A stretch of 64,000 bases of DNA, from positions 40,174-104,173 of the forward strand of contig CAZDIP010000001.1 of assembly GCA_964505635.1 (NCBI GenBank), given 5' to 3'. This document shows positions 36,321 through 45,089 of this stretch, one piece after another. This DNA comes from an uncultured Candidatus Saccharibacteria bacterium. Its GTDB lineage: Bacteria; Patescibacteriota; Doudnabacteria; UBA920. Made by a program: the position numbers and the translations under genes. The first letter of the stretch is position 1. Each line of letters starts with the position of its first letter. The notes beneath the pieces are model-generated. The model was not told the DNA's origin. It worked only from the letters and a program-made list of their open reading frames with translations, and ran no database searches.

Positions 36321-37610
36321 ATGGCAAAAGAATTAATTGATCTAAATAAAACCATAAACTTAGGGTTTTGGCAGAAGTTGCCTAAACCGGTTTTTTGCCT
36401 TGCGCCTATGGAAGAGGTAACAGACGTGGTGTTTAGGGAAATGTTTGCGAGGTATAGTGGCGGTAGAGAAAAAAATGTTCTTCGACCTAACGGAGAAGAT
36501 ATTTTTTCTGATGAAAATAAAAATATTAGATTCTCCACAAGAGCCTGTCCTGAGCCTGCCGAAGGGTCGAATATTAACATTTTAAATAACTTTGTCATGT
36601 TTACGGAATTTATAAACGTAGACGGAATACTACATCCCACGGGTTTTGAGCGTTTAAAAATTGACTTGGAATATACAGAAAACCAAAGGCCAATTGTCGT
36701 ACAAATTTGGGGCACTGACCCGGAAAAGTTTTTTAAGGCCGCGCAGTTAATGGTTAAAATGGGTTTTGATGGCATAGATATAAATATGGGTTGTCCGCAG
36801 GACAAAGAAATTGGCATTGGCGCGTGCGCAGCTTTAATACGCAACCCAAAATTAGCATCGCAAATTATTGAAGCAACCATAAAGGGTGCCCGCCTGCAGT
36901 CGCCTTCGGCTCCAGCAAATGGCGGGCAGGCCGGCAGTTTGCCGGTTTCCGTTAAAACCCGTACCGGATATTCTAAACCTGAAACCGAAGCATGGATTGC
37001 TCATTTGCTTAAGCATGGCTTAGCCGCAATAACTTTACACGCCAGGACAAAACTGGAAAAAAGTAAAGTGCCGGCGCAGTGGGAAGAAGTTAAAAAAGCG
37101 GTTGATGTCAGAAATGCTATGCAATCGCAAACCTTAATTATTGGCAATGGCGATGTAAAAAACAGAGAGGAAGGTTTAAAAAGAATAGAGGAGACCGGCT
37201 GCGACGGGGTTATGATAGCGCGTGGAGCTTTTGGGCACCCATGGATATTTAGAACTATTGAGAGGGAAAACCCAAAAGAGGGTTTTTCCCTCTCAACGTC
37301 CCAGACTTCGTCTGGGACTGCTCTCCCTTTCCAAAGTTTTAATAGCCCCGAAGTAAATTCGACGGCTATTAAGTCAACAAAAAGTTATCAACCCTCAGCA
37401 AAAGAACGCCTTATGGTAATGCTTGAGCATGCCAGGCTGTTTGACGCAAAATTAGGCAAAGAAAAATCTTTTGTGATTATGCGAAAACATTTTAAATCGT
37501 ATTTAAGCGGGTTTGACGGCGCGGCTGAGCTTAGGGCAAAGCTTCTAGAAACAAAAAACCTTCAGGAAACAGAAGGTATTTTGGCAGAGTTTTTAAAAAG
37601 TTTTAGTTAG
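36321..37610 (+). CDS. tRNA-dihydrouridine synthase (Dus family), carrying in-frame low-complexity insertions
   Basis: CLAPMEEVTD..., IDINMGCPQDK and GCDGVMIARGAFGHPWIF. Extra segments ARLQSPSAPANGGQAGSLP and ENPKEGFSLSTSQTSSGTALPFQSF correspond to DNA hairpins. Confidence 0.8.
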   Translation: MAKELIDLNKTINLGFWQKLPKPVFCLAPMEEVTDVVFREMFARYSGGREKNVLRPNGEDIFSDENKNIRFSTRACPEPAEGSNINILNNFVMFTEFINVDGILHPTGFERLKIDLEYTENQRPIVVQIWGTDPEKFFKAAQLMVKMGFDGIDINMGCPQDKEIGIGACAALIRNPKLASQIIEATIKGARLQSPSAPANGGQAGSLPVSVKTRTGYSKPETEAWIAHLLKHGLAAITLHARTKLEKSKVPAQWEEVKKAVDVRNAMQSQTLIIGNGDVKNREEGLKRIEETGCDGVMIARGAFGHPWIFRTIERENPKEGFSLSTSQTSSGTALPFQSFNSPEVNSTAIKSTKSYQPSAKERLMVMLEHARLFDAKLGKEKSFVIMRKHFKSYLSGFDGAAELRAKLLETKNLQETEGILAEFLKSFS

Positions 37611-39625
37611 GGCAGGGTTGCTTTTAAAAGGCTGGAGTCATTTAAAATATAAACAGTTTTTGAAGGTTCATCCACGTAAAAATCTTTTAAATTGTTAAAC
37701 GCGGGATTTTTGTAGGTGGCAACAAGGTTGGCTTTTTTGTCTATAACCACAAGCCTGTTGTTTTGTATATCTAACAAGTAAATATTTTTCCAGTCTTTTA
37801 AAGTTTGAATTTTTCCGGGGCCGGAAAATTTATCAAATAAAAAAGGCAGGTTAAAGTCCGCCAGTTTGCCGGATTGAAATTTTAAAATATTATTTTGGGT
37901 AAGCACGTAAATACTGCCGTCAATTGCTAAATCCTGGGCACTTTCTAAAGTCTCATATTTTACAGAAATAACCGGTTTGGAAATTTCGCTGCCGACTAAA
38001 AAGCTGGTTATTTGTTTTTGCAGCTTATCAATTACATAAACCCTGGAGTTGGTGGAATAAAATTTAATTCCTCCGAAATCAGCTTCAGCCGGAACATTCT
38101 GGGTAAAAGCCTTGGAAAAGAATTTTTTTTCAAACTCCCAAACCAAAAGCGCGCTTTTGTTATAAATCACGGCTGTCTGGTCTTTTATATACACCGCATC
38201 CGCAATACTTTCCGAAGACATTAAAACCCCATCCTGAACGGTTTTATCCGATAAATTATAACTGACAATACTGTTGCCGGATTGGGCTCCCAGGAAATTA
38301 TTAAGCTTAAAAAGTTTTTGTCCCGAACCTAAATTACCCAAGTTGTTAACGGCAATCTCAGACTCTTTTTGGTAGCCTGAAGTTAAGTCGGTAAACTGTT
38401 TTTTTAAGGCATTTAAATTTTCTTTACCCTGCTCGCTTAGGCTCTCTTCCGGCATGGCCAGAAGAGTTTGGGCTTTTTGCAGCGCGTCCACCGCATTTTT
38501 TTCTTCTTTATACAAAACATAGGTTTCGGCATCGGACAAAAGTTTTTGGATTTCATTTAAAGACTGTTCTACCTCTGTCTGGGAAATTTTTGTTTTTTTG
38601 GTTTTTGCCGCCAAATAAATATTAACTATCCCGGCTAACAGCAGCAAAAAAATGGAGATAAACAAAAATTTTTTCCAGGGCGAGTAGGCCTTAAATTCAG
38701 CCAGGTTAACTTTTCTTTTTCCGGCTTCGTAGGTTTTTTCTACGGCTCGCTGGCTTTTGCCGAGCATGCTTCTGGCCTGGTCGTTTAAGCGTTTTAAGCG
38801 GTCAGTTATTTTGATTTTAGGCAGCTCAGTAGCCGGTTTGCGTTTGTTTTTGGCTAATGCCAGGGTATCTTTAAAAAAATTCATTGCCGAACTGAAAACC
38901 GCTAAACTTTTGCTCGGCGGTTCAACAACATAATTCTCCAAATCAATTTCTTCGTCCTGAATTTTGCCTAAAGGCACCTGCTGGTTTAAAAGTGTTGCGA
39001 AAGCAACTTCCGGTCCCGCGTTGTTTTTTAAAATCTCAATTATTTTTTGAGTTGCGGTTAAAAACTGATTTTCTTCCAAAATTTTTTTAAGCCTGTCCAG
39101 GGAAACGTGATTTAAAAGCTGCGAGGTAGAAAAAATTATAATGTCGTCAAGTTTAATTTTTCCAGTAGCCAGGTTTTCAAAAGTTTTTAGCGGGTGAGGA
39201 TCTTTGCTTGAGCAGGAAATGTCGGTGAATTCCCCGTTCCTGAACAAGAAAGCGGCAATTTTGCCCGCGGTGGCAATGTGCAAAACCCCATTTTCTTTTA
39301 CCGCAATAACCGCGCCCAGCTTTTCCAGCCAGTTGCCTTGCCCAAGACTAACCAGCTTGCCGACTTCCTCGTTAATTTCCGAGACCGCATTTTCAAAACC
39401 GGCCTTCGGGTTTTTTTTGTAGGCTCGTTTTAATGTTGCGCTTAGGCTTTGGCAGATTTGTTCGCATGACTCCAAGGCGGCTGGATTTAGCATCGGCAAT
39501 TCTGCCACTGAGTAAAGCTCAGCTTCGCTGCCAGGCGCTTTTTCTGCCGAGCAATGCACATAACTGCTGGTTTTTTTAAAGTTCCCCAGTTGGATTTTCG
39601 CAATTTGGCTTTCAGTTTTTTCCAT
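37607..39625 (-). CDS. Hypothetical membrane protein (672 aa; central TM, C-terminal beta-rich region)
   Basis: Large ORF. The N-terminal domain has weak PPM-phosphatase-like character. No firm assignment. Confidence 0.5.
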   Translation of the reverse strand: MEKTESQIAKIQLGNFKKTSSYVHCSAEKAPGSEAELYSVAELPMLNPAALESCEQICQSLSATLKRAYKKNPKAGFENAVSEINEEVGKLVSLGQGNWLEKLGAVIAVKENGVLHIATAGKIAAFLFRNGEFTDISCSSKDPHPLKTFENLATGKIKLDDIIIFSTSQLLNHVSLDRLKKILEENQFLTATQKIIEILKNNAGPEVAFATLLNQQVPLGKIQDEEIDLENYVVEPPSKSLAVFSSAMNFFKDTLALAKNKRKPATELPKIKITDRLKRLNDQARSMLGKSQRAVEKTYEAGKRKVNLAEFKAYSPWKKFLFISIFLLLLAGIVNIYLAAKTKKTKISQTEVEQSLNEIQKLLSDAETYVLYKEEKNAVDALQKAQTLLAMPEESLSEQGKENLNALKKQFTDLTSGYQKESEIAVNNLGNLGSGQKLFKLNNFLGAQSGNSIVSYNLSDKTVQDGVLMSSESIADAVYIKDQTAVIYNKSALLVWEFEKKFFSKAFTQNVPAEADFGGIKFYSTNSRVYVIDKLQKQITSFLVGSEISKPVISVKYETLESAQDLAIDGSIYVLTQNNILKFQSGKLADFNLPFLFDKFSGPGKIQTLKDWKNIYLLDIQNNRLVVIDKKANLVATYKNPAFNNLKDFYVDEPSKTVYILNDSSLLKATLP

Positions 39626-39737
39626 TATATTCTGGAGTTATTGCGTTCATAAATGTTTATGCTTACAATCTTTATTATTATACAACATTTTTGATGAAAA
39701 GAAAAATATGTTATACTTTTAAGGTAATATTCTTTAA

Positions 39738-40298
39738 ATGCTAGAAGATATAGTAGATTCAAAAATAGATTCCTCAATTTTGGCCTTCTTTTTGGCTGCG
39801 CCGGTAAGAAGTTACGGGGTTTTGGAAGTTTCCAGACGCTTAGGCTTTCCAATTCAAAAGACAGCCCGAGCCTTAAGCAGCATGTCCAAAAGTTCGCAAA
39901 TCAAAATTTTTCATAAAAAAGGGAAAAGCTATTATTTGCTGAATGAAAAGTACAAGCTGCTGCCCGCTTTGTCTTCCGCGCTTTTAAAGAACGCGCCTAA
40001 ATACCAAGACGAACTTTTTATTGCCATAAAAAAATTGGGCACTGTAAAGGCCGCCTTTCTTTCCGGCTTGTTTACCGGCTACGCAAATTTACCAGTTGAT
40101 ATTTTACTGGTGGGCAAAATTAACTTAAAGAAACTGGATATATTTTTAACCCAATTACAGAAGCTTATGGGCCAGGAAATTAATTACAGCATTATGTCGG
40201 AAGATGAATTTTTATTGAGACGCGATACTTTTGACCGGTTTATAAAAGATATTTTTGACTACCGCCATTTGGTTGTATGCGATAATTTAAAAAAGTAA
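39738..40298 (+). CDS. Hypothetical protein
   Basis: 186 aa ORF. Confidence 0.45.
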   Translation: MLEDIVDSKIDSSILAFFLAAPVRSYGVLEVSRRLGFPIQKTARALSSMSKSSQIKIFHKKGKSYYLLNEKYKLLPALSSALLKNAPKYQDELFIAIKKLGTVKAAFLSGLFTGYANLPVDILLVGKINLKKLDIFLTQLQKLMGQEINYSIMSEDEFLLRRDTFDRFIKDIFDYRHLVVCDNLKK

Positions 40299-40310
40299 CT
40301 TAAACAGATT

Positions 40311-40547
40311 ATGTCTGAAATCCAAAATTTGTATTTACAATTTTTAGGAAATTTTCCGGAAAATTTACGTCCTGTTGTTTCCGTTGTTTTGGCTGTGCTG
40401 GTAGTGTATTCGGCTTTTAAAGTTATAAAAAAAGATTTTATTTTTTTGATTGTGCTGATAATTTTATTGCCGGCATCAGTACCTATTTTAAAAGGTGTTT
40501 GGCAGGGGATAGTCGCGGTGGTTAAATTTCTCCTAAATACGAAATAG
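40311..40547 (+). CDS. Small membrane protein (78 aa, 2 TM)
   Basis: Hydrophobic ORF. Confidence 0.3.
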   Translation: MSEIQNLYLQFLGNFPENLRPVVSVVLAVLVVYSAFKVIKKDFIFLIVLIILLPASVPILKGVWQGIVAVVKFLLNTK

Positions 40548-40576
40548 TTGACTAACCTATAACTCGCAATTTATAA
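40548..40576 (+). promoter_or_regulatory. Sigma70-like promoter P1 (TTGACT-N17-TTATAA) upstream of lexA
   Basis: Hexamers with 17 nt spacing. Confidence 0.4.
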
Positions 40577-40635
40577 CTAGTAACAAAAAGCATCTCAGTT
40601 ATGAGTTATTAGTTACTATAAGTGTGGATAACTTT

Positions 40636-40657
40636 AAGGTAAACGTAGGTTTACCTT
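40636..40657 (+). promoter_or_regulatory. Perfect palindrome AAGGTAAAC-GTA-GGTTTACCTT (9 bp arms). It is a candidate LexA operator, or alternatively a terminator.
   Basis: Lies 14 nt upstream of the -35 of promoter P2 and is followed by a T-run. Confidence 0.3.
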
Positions 40658-40671
40658 GTTTTTATTATATT

Positions 40672-40700
40672 TTGACGTAAGGTGAACGAAAGTATACAAT
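40672..40700 (+). promoter_or_regulatory. Sigma70-like promoter P2 (TTGACG-N17-TACAAT) for lexA
   Basis: 30 nt upstream of the lexA ATG. Confidence 0.45.
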
Positions 40701-40729
40701 CAAAATATAAAGATTAAACACAAAGTATT

Positions 40730-41347
40730 ATGAGTAGCGAAATTACCAAACGCCAAAAAGAGCTTTTAAGGTTTATAGTCAGGCAAGTCCGTGAATACAA
40801 TTTGCCGCCCAGCATTTCCGAAATGGCGGAATATTTAAAAGTCAGATCCAAAAACGCGGTGGCTAAGTTGTTAAAAGCCCTGGAGGAAGGCAAGTATATT
40901 AAAACCAGCGGAAAGGCACGCGGCATAGAAGTTTTAAATACTTTAGGAGAGAGTTTAGAAAAAGGCTTTGTGTCCGTACCTTTGCTCGGACATATCCAGG
41001 CCGGAAGCCCGCATTTGGCTGAAGAACATATAGAGGAATGGATAAATCTGCCTCAAAGTTTAATTAAGGGACGCAGGGACGTATTTTTGCTCAAAGTTCG
41101 GGGCGACAGCATGATTAATGCCGGAATTTTTGAAGGGGATTTGGTCATAGTCAAGCCTACCAAAGACGTAAAAAACAATGACATCGTAGTTGCCCTTTTG
41201 CACGACGAAGCTACGGTCAAGCGGTTTATACAAATTAAAAACAGAGCTTACTTAAAAGCCGAAAACCCTGACTATAAAAATATTTACCCAAAAGAAGAGT
41301 GGATGGTGCAGGGGAAGGTGGTAGGAGTTATAAGGAATTTGGAATAA
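40730..41347 (+). CDS. lexA: LexA repressor (S24 peptidase)
   Basis: N-terminal wHTH, cleavage site Ala-Gly in HIQAGSP, Ser in GDSMINAGI and Lys in ATVKRF. Confidence 0.85.
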   Translation: MSSEITKRQKELLRFIVRQVREYNLPPSISEMAEYLKVRSKNAVAKLLKALEEGKYIKTSGKARGIEVLNTLGESLEKGFVSVPLLGHIQAGSPHLAEEHIEEWINLPQSLIKGRRDVFLLKVRGDSMINAGIFEGDLVIVKPTKDVKNNDIVVALLHDEATVKRFIQIKNRAYLKAENPDYKNIYPKEEWMVQGKVVGVIRNLE

Positions 41348-41381
41348 GTAGTATCAAGTAGTTAGTATTAAGCGAAAATCC

Positions 41382-41771
41382 ATGAATGAGTCATCTAATA
41401 AAATTAAATCATTTACTGATTTAATAGCTTGGCAAGAAGGTCATAAGCTAGTTTTAATGACTTATCAGATGACAAAAAATTGGCCAAACGAAGAACAGTT
41501 TGGACTTATTAGCCAAATTCGCAGAGCAGCGGTTTCTATTACTTCCAATATTGCCGAAGGCTTTAGTAGGAGTTCTTGGAGGGACAAGGTACACTTTTAT
41601 TCTATATCCGTAGCATCAGTGTCGGAGTTACAAAACCAGTCCTTGGTTTCTAAAGATTTAGGCTATACCGCAAAAGACATTTTTCAAATCTACGCAGGCT
41701 TGACAGTAAAAGTAAATAAGTTAATAAATGGATTAATAAAAAGTTTAAAGCAAAATAATAAAGATGCTTAA
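41382..41771 (+). CDS. Four-helix-bundle protein (TIGR02436 / 23S rRNA IVS protein family)
   Basis: LIAWQEGHKLVLMTYQMTKNWPNEEQFGLISQIRRAAVSITSNIAEGFSR. Confidence 0.7.
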   Translation: MNESSNKIKSFTDLIAWQEGHKLVLMTYQMTKNWPNEEQFGLISQIRRAAVSITSNIAEGFSRSSWRDKVHFYSISVASVSELQNQSLVSKDLGYTAKDIFQIYAGLTVKVNKLINGLIKSLKQNNKDA

Positions 41772-41803
41772 TACCAGCTACTTGCTACATTATACTAACT
41801 GAC

Positions 41804-41989
41804 ATGAACGAAGCAATAAAAATAAAACAAAATATTTTAAAACAGCTCCAGGGTTTATGCGCGCACTGTGTCACTAATTCAGTTAAGCCTCACAATTGTC
41901 CCGTTAAGCAGATTTCCTTGCGCATTCAGTCCCTTCGCGGCGTGCCTTTGGTGGTCAACAGCCAGTTTAAAGGCATGCTTTGGACATAA
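41804..41989 (+). CDS. Small Cys/His-containing hypothetical protein (61 aa)
   Basis: CAHC...HNCP could bind metal. Weak. Confidence 0.25.
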   Translation: MNEAIKIKQNILKQLQGLCAHCVTNSVKPHNCPVKQISLRIQSLRGVPLVVNSQFKGMLWT

Positions 41990-42039
41990 AAAGAGGGCTG
42001 CCTTCGTTCCTGGTGGGAAACTTGGGCAGCCCTGAGGGA

Positions 42040-42335
42040 AGCGTTCCATTGGGCAAATATTATTCCAACCCGCTTTCGCGCGGCTCAGTATGGCTGCTCC
42101 ATAGAGCGACAATCCGTCATGCGACGGGAAAGTCTTGCCATAAGGCCAGTTTTTGAAAGCGGGTCGCTCGCGGGAGCAAGCTTATAAGCTTAATGAGAAC
42201 GTTATGGATCCCCCTTTTATTGGCGGGTTGCCACTGCTTGTTAGGCAGCTCTCTACGGCAACCCGCCCTCTCGTCGGAGTACATATATTTTATTCTAAGG
42301 TGATTTTTTAGTCAAACAAATTAAAACCCCCTAAA
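42040..42335 (+). ncRNA. GC-rich structured segment with an RNase P RNA CR-I-like motif, a possible 5' part of an RNase P RNA gene
   Basis: CGTCATGCGACG hairpin, then GGGAAAGTC-TTG-CCATAAGGCCAG at 42126-42149, compared with the consensus P3-GGAAAGUCCGGGCUCCAUAGGGCAG. Also GGAGCAAG. A terminator hairpin follows at 42323-42352. Confidence 0.3.
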
Positions 42336-42352
42336 TTTTAGGGGGTTTTAAG
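42323..42352. terminator. Hairpin AAAACCCCCTAAA-TTT-TAGGGGGTTTT. It is the terminator for the minus-strand GIY-YIG gene and possibly for the plus-strand RNA.
   Basis: The stop codon of the GIY-YIG gene lies inside the hairpin. T-runs on both sides. Confidence 0.55.
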
Positions 42353-42580
42353 TAACTTTTGTTTTTTTGTTTTAGGCCATTTTTTTATTTCAGCCTCACG
42401 TTTTAAGGCCTTTATTTTGGTTTTGAATTTTTCAAAGTAGATTATTTTTCCGCCGCCGCGGCTTTTTACATATTTAGACCCCTTGCCTTGGTTATGAGCC
42501 AGTTCCCGTTTTTTAAGGTCATTGGTAATGCCGGCATAAAGGGACTTGTCTTTGCATAAAAAAAGGTAAAAGTAGTACAT
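42338..42580 (-). CDS. GIY-YIG nuclease family protein (YhbQ/UPF0213-like), 80 aa
   Basis: MYYFYLFLCKDKSLYAGITNDLKKRELAHNQGKGSKYVKSRGG. The ORF-track N-terminal extension (42581-42853, TTG start) is GC-rich and not protein-like, so it was trimmed. Confidence 0.75.
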   Translation of the reverse strand: MYYFYLFLCKDKSLYAGITNDLKKRELAHNQGKGSKYVKSRGGGKIIYFEKFKTKIKALKREAEIKKWPKTKKQKLLKTP

Positions 42581-42905
42581 ACAGGTATTATAACAATTTT
42601 TAAATTCAGTATTGTTTAAAATAGGAAGGCGCGCGTTTGCTTTGTGGGGCAAAACGCGCGCCGGAATGTGGCATACATCGCACGGGCATGTGCCCTTGTT
42701 TTTGTTACGACCGGGGAGTTTACCCGTGTAATGTATACCTTGGAGGAGACTATGAATCCTCTTTATAAAAAATGCGGGTTTGCGGCCAAGACAGGCTCTT
42801 GATTCCCCTTGCAAAGGAACTTGGTAGAAACCGCAAACCCGCTTCTCTCTCAAACGAACAGGAATAAAATGACTTTAGCATAGTTTTTGTAAATGGTAAA
42901 GAAGT
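42581..42905. ncRNA. GC-rich structured segment with RNase P-like motifs. Orientation unresolved.
   Basis: Read on the minus strand, CACGGGTAAACTCCCCGG (rc of 42709-42728) resembles the P15/L15 motif CACGGUAAACUCCACCCGG. Read on the plus strand, ACAGGAATAAAATGACTTTAGC (about 42857-42878) resembles the P4 3' strand ACAGAA..GGCUUA and can pair with GAAAGTC at 42126. Confidence 0.25.
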
Positions 42906-42914
42906 TTAAAAAGC

Positions 42915-42950
42915 AAAAAACCCCACATTGCAATGGGGATTGAAGAAATT
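42915..42950 (-). terminator. Intrinsic terminator for the minus-strand gene 43025..43537
   Basis: rc: CCCCATTGCAATGTGGGG hairpin followed by TTTTTTGCTTTTT. Confidence 0.5.
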
Positions 42951-43024
42951 TTTTATCTACAAAACCTTGAACTGCCAAAATCTAACTAAGGTAAGGAGGT
43001 TTATAAGAAAAGGTTATTTAAGTT

Positions 43025-43537
43025 TTACAAATAGCGAGCTAACAGCAAAAACACCACAGCCAACACCAATCCGCTAACATAAGATTTTGGCAAGTAATTG
43101 TTTTTGGAAATTTTTATCCATTTTTGATGCCACCAAATATTGCCATTAGGACCTTTCAGAAGCTGTTTTAGGGAGTCAAAATACCAATTAAAAACAAACC
43201 AGGAAAAATCCTCAACAAAACAAACAGCAGCAAAAATAGCCAGTAACAAAAAAATATTTTGGGTCAAAAGGAAATATTCAGCTATTAAAATTATTGGAAT
43301 AATAACCCCGTACATTACCAGTCCATAACCAAAAATATAGGGCACATTAATGGCTTTACAGATTGCCACCATGACTGGATTATTTTGACCAATGATTTTT
43401 CCATACCACTTGTCTTTAGGGTGACCCGCGCCCCAGCCTTTGTCTTTCTCAATAATAATTTCTAACAAAGCTACCGGCCAGGCAATTAGTAGCACGTTGA
43501 TAATAAAAAATAGGTAGATGTTCATTTGGATATCCAA
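43025..43537 (-). CDS. Hypothetical multi-TM membrane protein
   Basis: 170 aa with 4-5 TM helices. Confidence 0.5.
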   Translation of the reverse strand: MDIQMNIYLFFIINVLLIAWPVALLEIIIEKDKGWGAGHPKDKWYGKIIGQNNPVMVAICKAINVPYIFGYGLVMYGVIIPIILIAEYFLLTQNIFLLLAIFAAVCFVEDFSWFVFNWYFDSLKQLLKGPNGNIWWHQKWIKISKNNYLPKSYVSGLVLAVVFLLLARYL

Positions 43538-43572
43538 CTGAATTGGAAAGCTGAATTTAAAATTTTAAATAT

Positions 43573-44625
43573 TTATGGTCTTCCTTTATCCCGTTTATTT
43601 TTTAAATAATCAACCGCAAAAAGTGCAAAGGGTAACTCTTTGGTGTTTAGGTGCAAGAGGCTAGATCGACTGCCCTCCGCAACAAAATCGAAAGGAATAA
43701 AATCTGCGGAGCCGGGTTCTTTTACAGCCTGTTTGCGAAGCCATTCCATAGTTTTTTCAAATACTTCCTTGGTCAATCCGCCTTCCCCAGTCCTTCTAAT
43801 AAGCTCAGCTGCTATTAGCGAGGTTTTTAAGAAGAATAGATTACGTTTGTATTCCTGACCTTTTCTAATATAATCGGGCTGCATTCTCATTCGTTTTTCA
43901 GACTCAAATAGTGAGTTTACATTCCTATCCGGGTGATGGGTTCTGGATTTTTCTAGATCAAAACCCCAGCTCGCTAATTTATGTGGATAATAATTTGCGG
44001 TTGCAGTAATCAATCCTTGAAACTTTGAATCATTGGCAATGATGCCTCTACGGCTTCTGACTTTTGTTAAAGTGTTTATTACTGCGGCCGGACCATGTAA
44101 AAATTTAAAAGCATGTTCTTTGTATACTTTTTGTAAATCGCCGCTAGAGGCCGCATCCTCATAAATGTTCGGTAATGGTCGCGTGCTATCTCTGCCAAGG
44201 TTGGGACTGGCTTTTGTATCTTTTATTTTTCTGGTTCTTTGTAAGAAACTTTTTTCTCTTCCCGAAAAAATCTTGGCTACATCTTCACTACTCGGTACTT
44301 CCAAACAAGAAGTCCAGTCACCTTTATAAAACCAATCTTCAATTAACCGAATAGCCGTGTTAATAAACCTCTGATCTTCTTTAGTTTCTATATCTACCTC
44401 GCCAAAGCTTTCGTATCTAAAAAAATATTTTATCCTATCCCAAATGTGGGCTTCTAAAGCATTAATATCCAAATTATCTTTTGGAAACGCCTTGACTACG
44501 TTGGCTAGAGAGGTTGCATAATTTCGAATAAAACTGCGCAAATCCAATTTTTCTGGCTCCCCTTTAGACTTAGTGTCGTTTTCAAGAAGATTTTGGTAAG
44601 CTTTGAAAATTTCAGGTCTTTTCAT
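43573..44625 (-). CDS. Hypothetical protein
   Basis: 350 aa ORF. No motif recognised. Confidence 0.5.
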   Translation of the reverse strand: MKRPEIFKAYQNLLENDTKSKGEPEKLDLRSFIRNYATSLANVVKAFPKDNLDINALEAHIWDRIKYFFRYESFGEVDIETKEDQRFINTAIRLIEDWFYKGDWTSCLEVPSSEDVAKIFSGREKSFLQRTRKIKDTKASPNLGRDSTRPLPNIYEDAASSGDLQKVYKEHAFKFLHGPAAVINTLTKVRSRRGIIANDSKFQGLITATANYYPHKLASWGFDLEKSRTHHPDRNVNSLFESEKRMRMQPDYIRKGQEYKRNLFFLKTSLIAAELIRRTGEGGLTKEVFEKTMEWLRKQAVKEPGSADFIPFDFVAEGSRSSLLHLNTKELPFALFAVDYLKNKRDKGRP

Positions 44626-44872
44626 ATGTTTTTATAAGTATAGCGTATAGTTTGAATTTCTGAAAATTTTGGCAAAAGTAGAATACCAACAGAGATTTAA
44701 ATGATTTTTGCGGCAGTTTCATCCCACAGGGTATGATGAAAAAAGTCGGGGAATCTAAGTAGTAAAGCCTGAAGGGTCTACTACGGGATGCAGTTAAACC
44801 CCAATCGGGCTTCTCAGCTCCGGTGTCATTACTTAAACAAAACACTTCCACCATTAAGGTGAAAGTTTTTTT

Positions 44873-44948
44873 GGTAGCGCTACCCCGCACAACTTTCCGC
44901 CAGTTGGCGGAAAGTTGTGCGGGGCGCAGCGGGGAATTCCCCGAACCC
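44873..44948 (-). other. Partial duplicate of the tRNA-Glu 3' end interrupted by a perfect 19 bp-stem palindrome (candidate att remnant)
   Basis: Plus-strand TGGTAGCGCTAC + [CCCCGCACAACTTTCCGCC-AGTT-GGCGGAAAGTTGTGCGGGG] + GGGGAATTCCCCGAACCC, compared with the tRNA-Glu plus-strand TGGTAGCGCTACGGGGAATCGAACCCCGA at 46774. Confidence 0.4.
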
Positions 44949-44989
44949 AAAACCATGAAAAAGACCCGACGCAAGGTCGGGTACTTTTC

Positions 44990-45022
44990 ATGGTAGACCA
45001 AGTCGAGACAGGTGGAAAACTT
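44990..45022. repeat. Left copy of a perfect 33 bp inverted repeat (ATGGTAGACCAAGTCGAGACAGGTGGAAAACTT)
   Basis: Exact reverse complement of 48617-48649. Verified base by base over 29 nt, with about 2 nt more on each side. Confidence 0.8.
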
Positions 45023-45089
45023 TTCTCGCATTGGTAAAAGAGATTTATAATTTGTTTGTTACCAAGCCTATTGTCCCTAATGCTACTTT

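Noticed and set aside
42581-42853. N-terminal 91 aa extension of the GIY-YIG ORF (TTG start in the ORF track)
   Set aside because: The extension is GC-rich, Cys/Arg/Gly-rich and not protein-like. The GIY-YIG domain starts at the internal Met (MYYFYLF), and a TATAAT sits just upstream of it.
44612-45031. 139 aa minus-strand ORF
   Set aside because: It spans the tRNA-Glu remnant, perfect palindromes and the 33 bp inverted repeat. No protein features. Judged noncoding.
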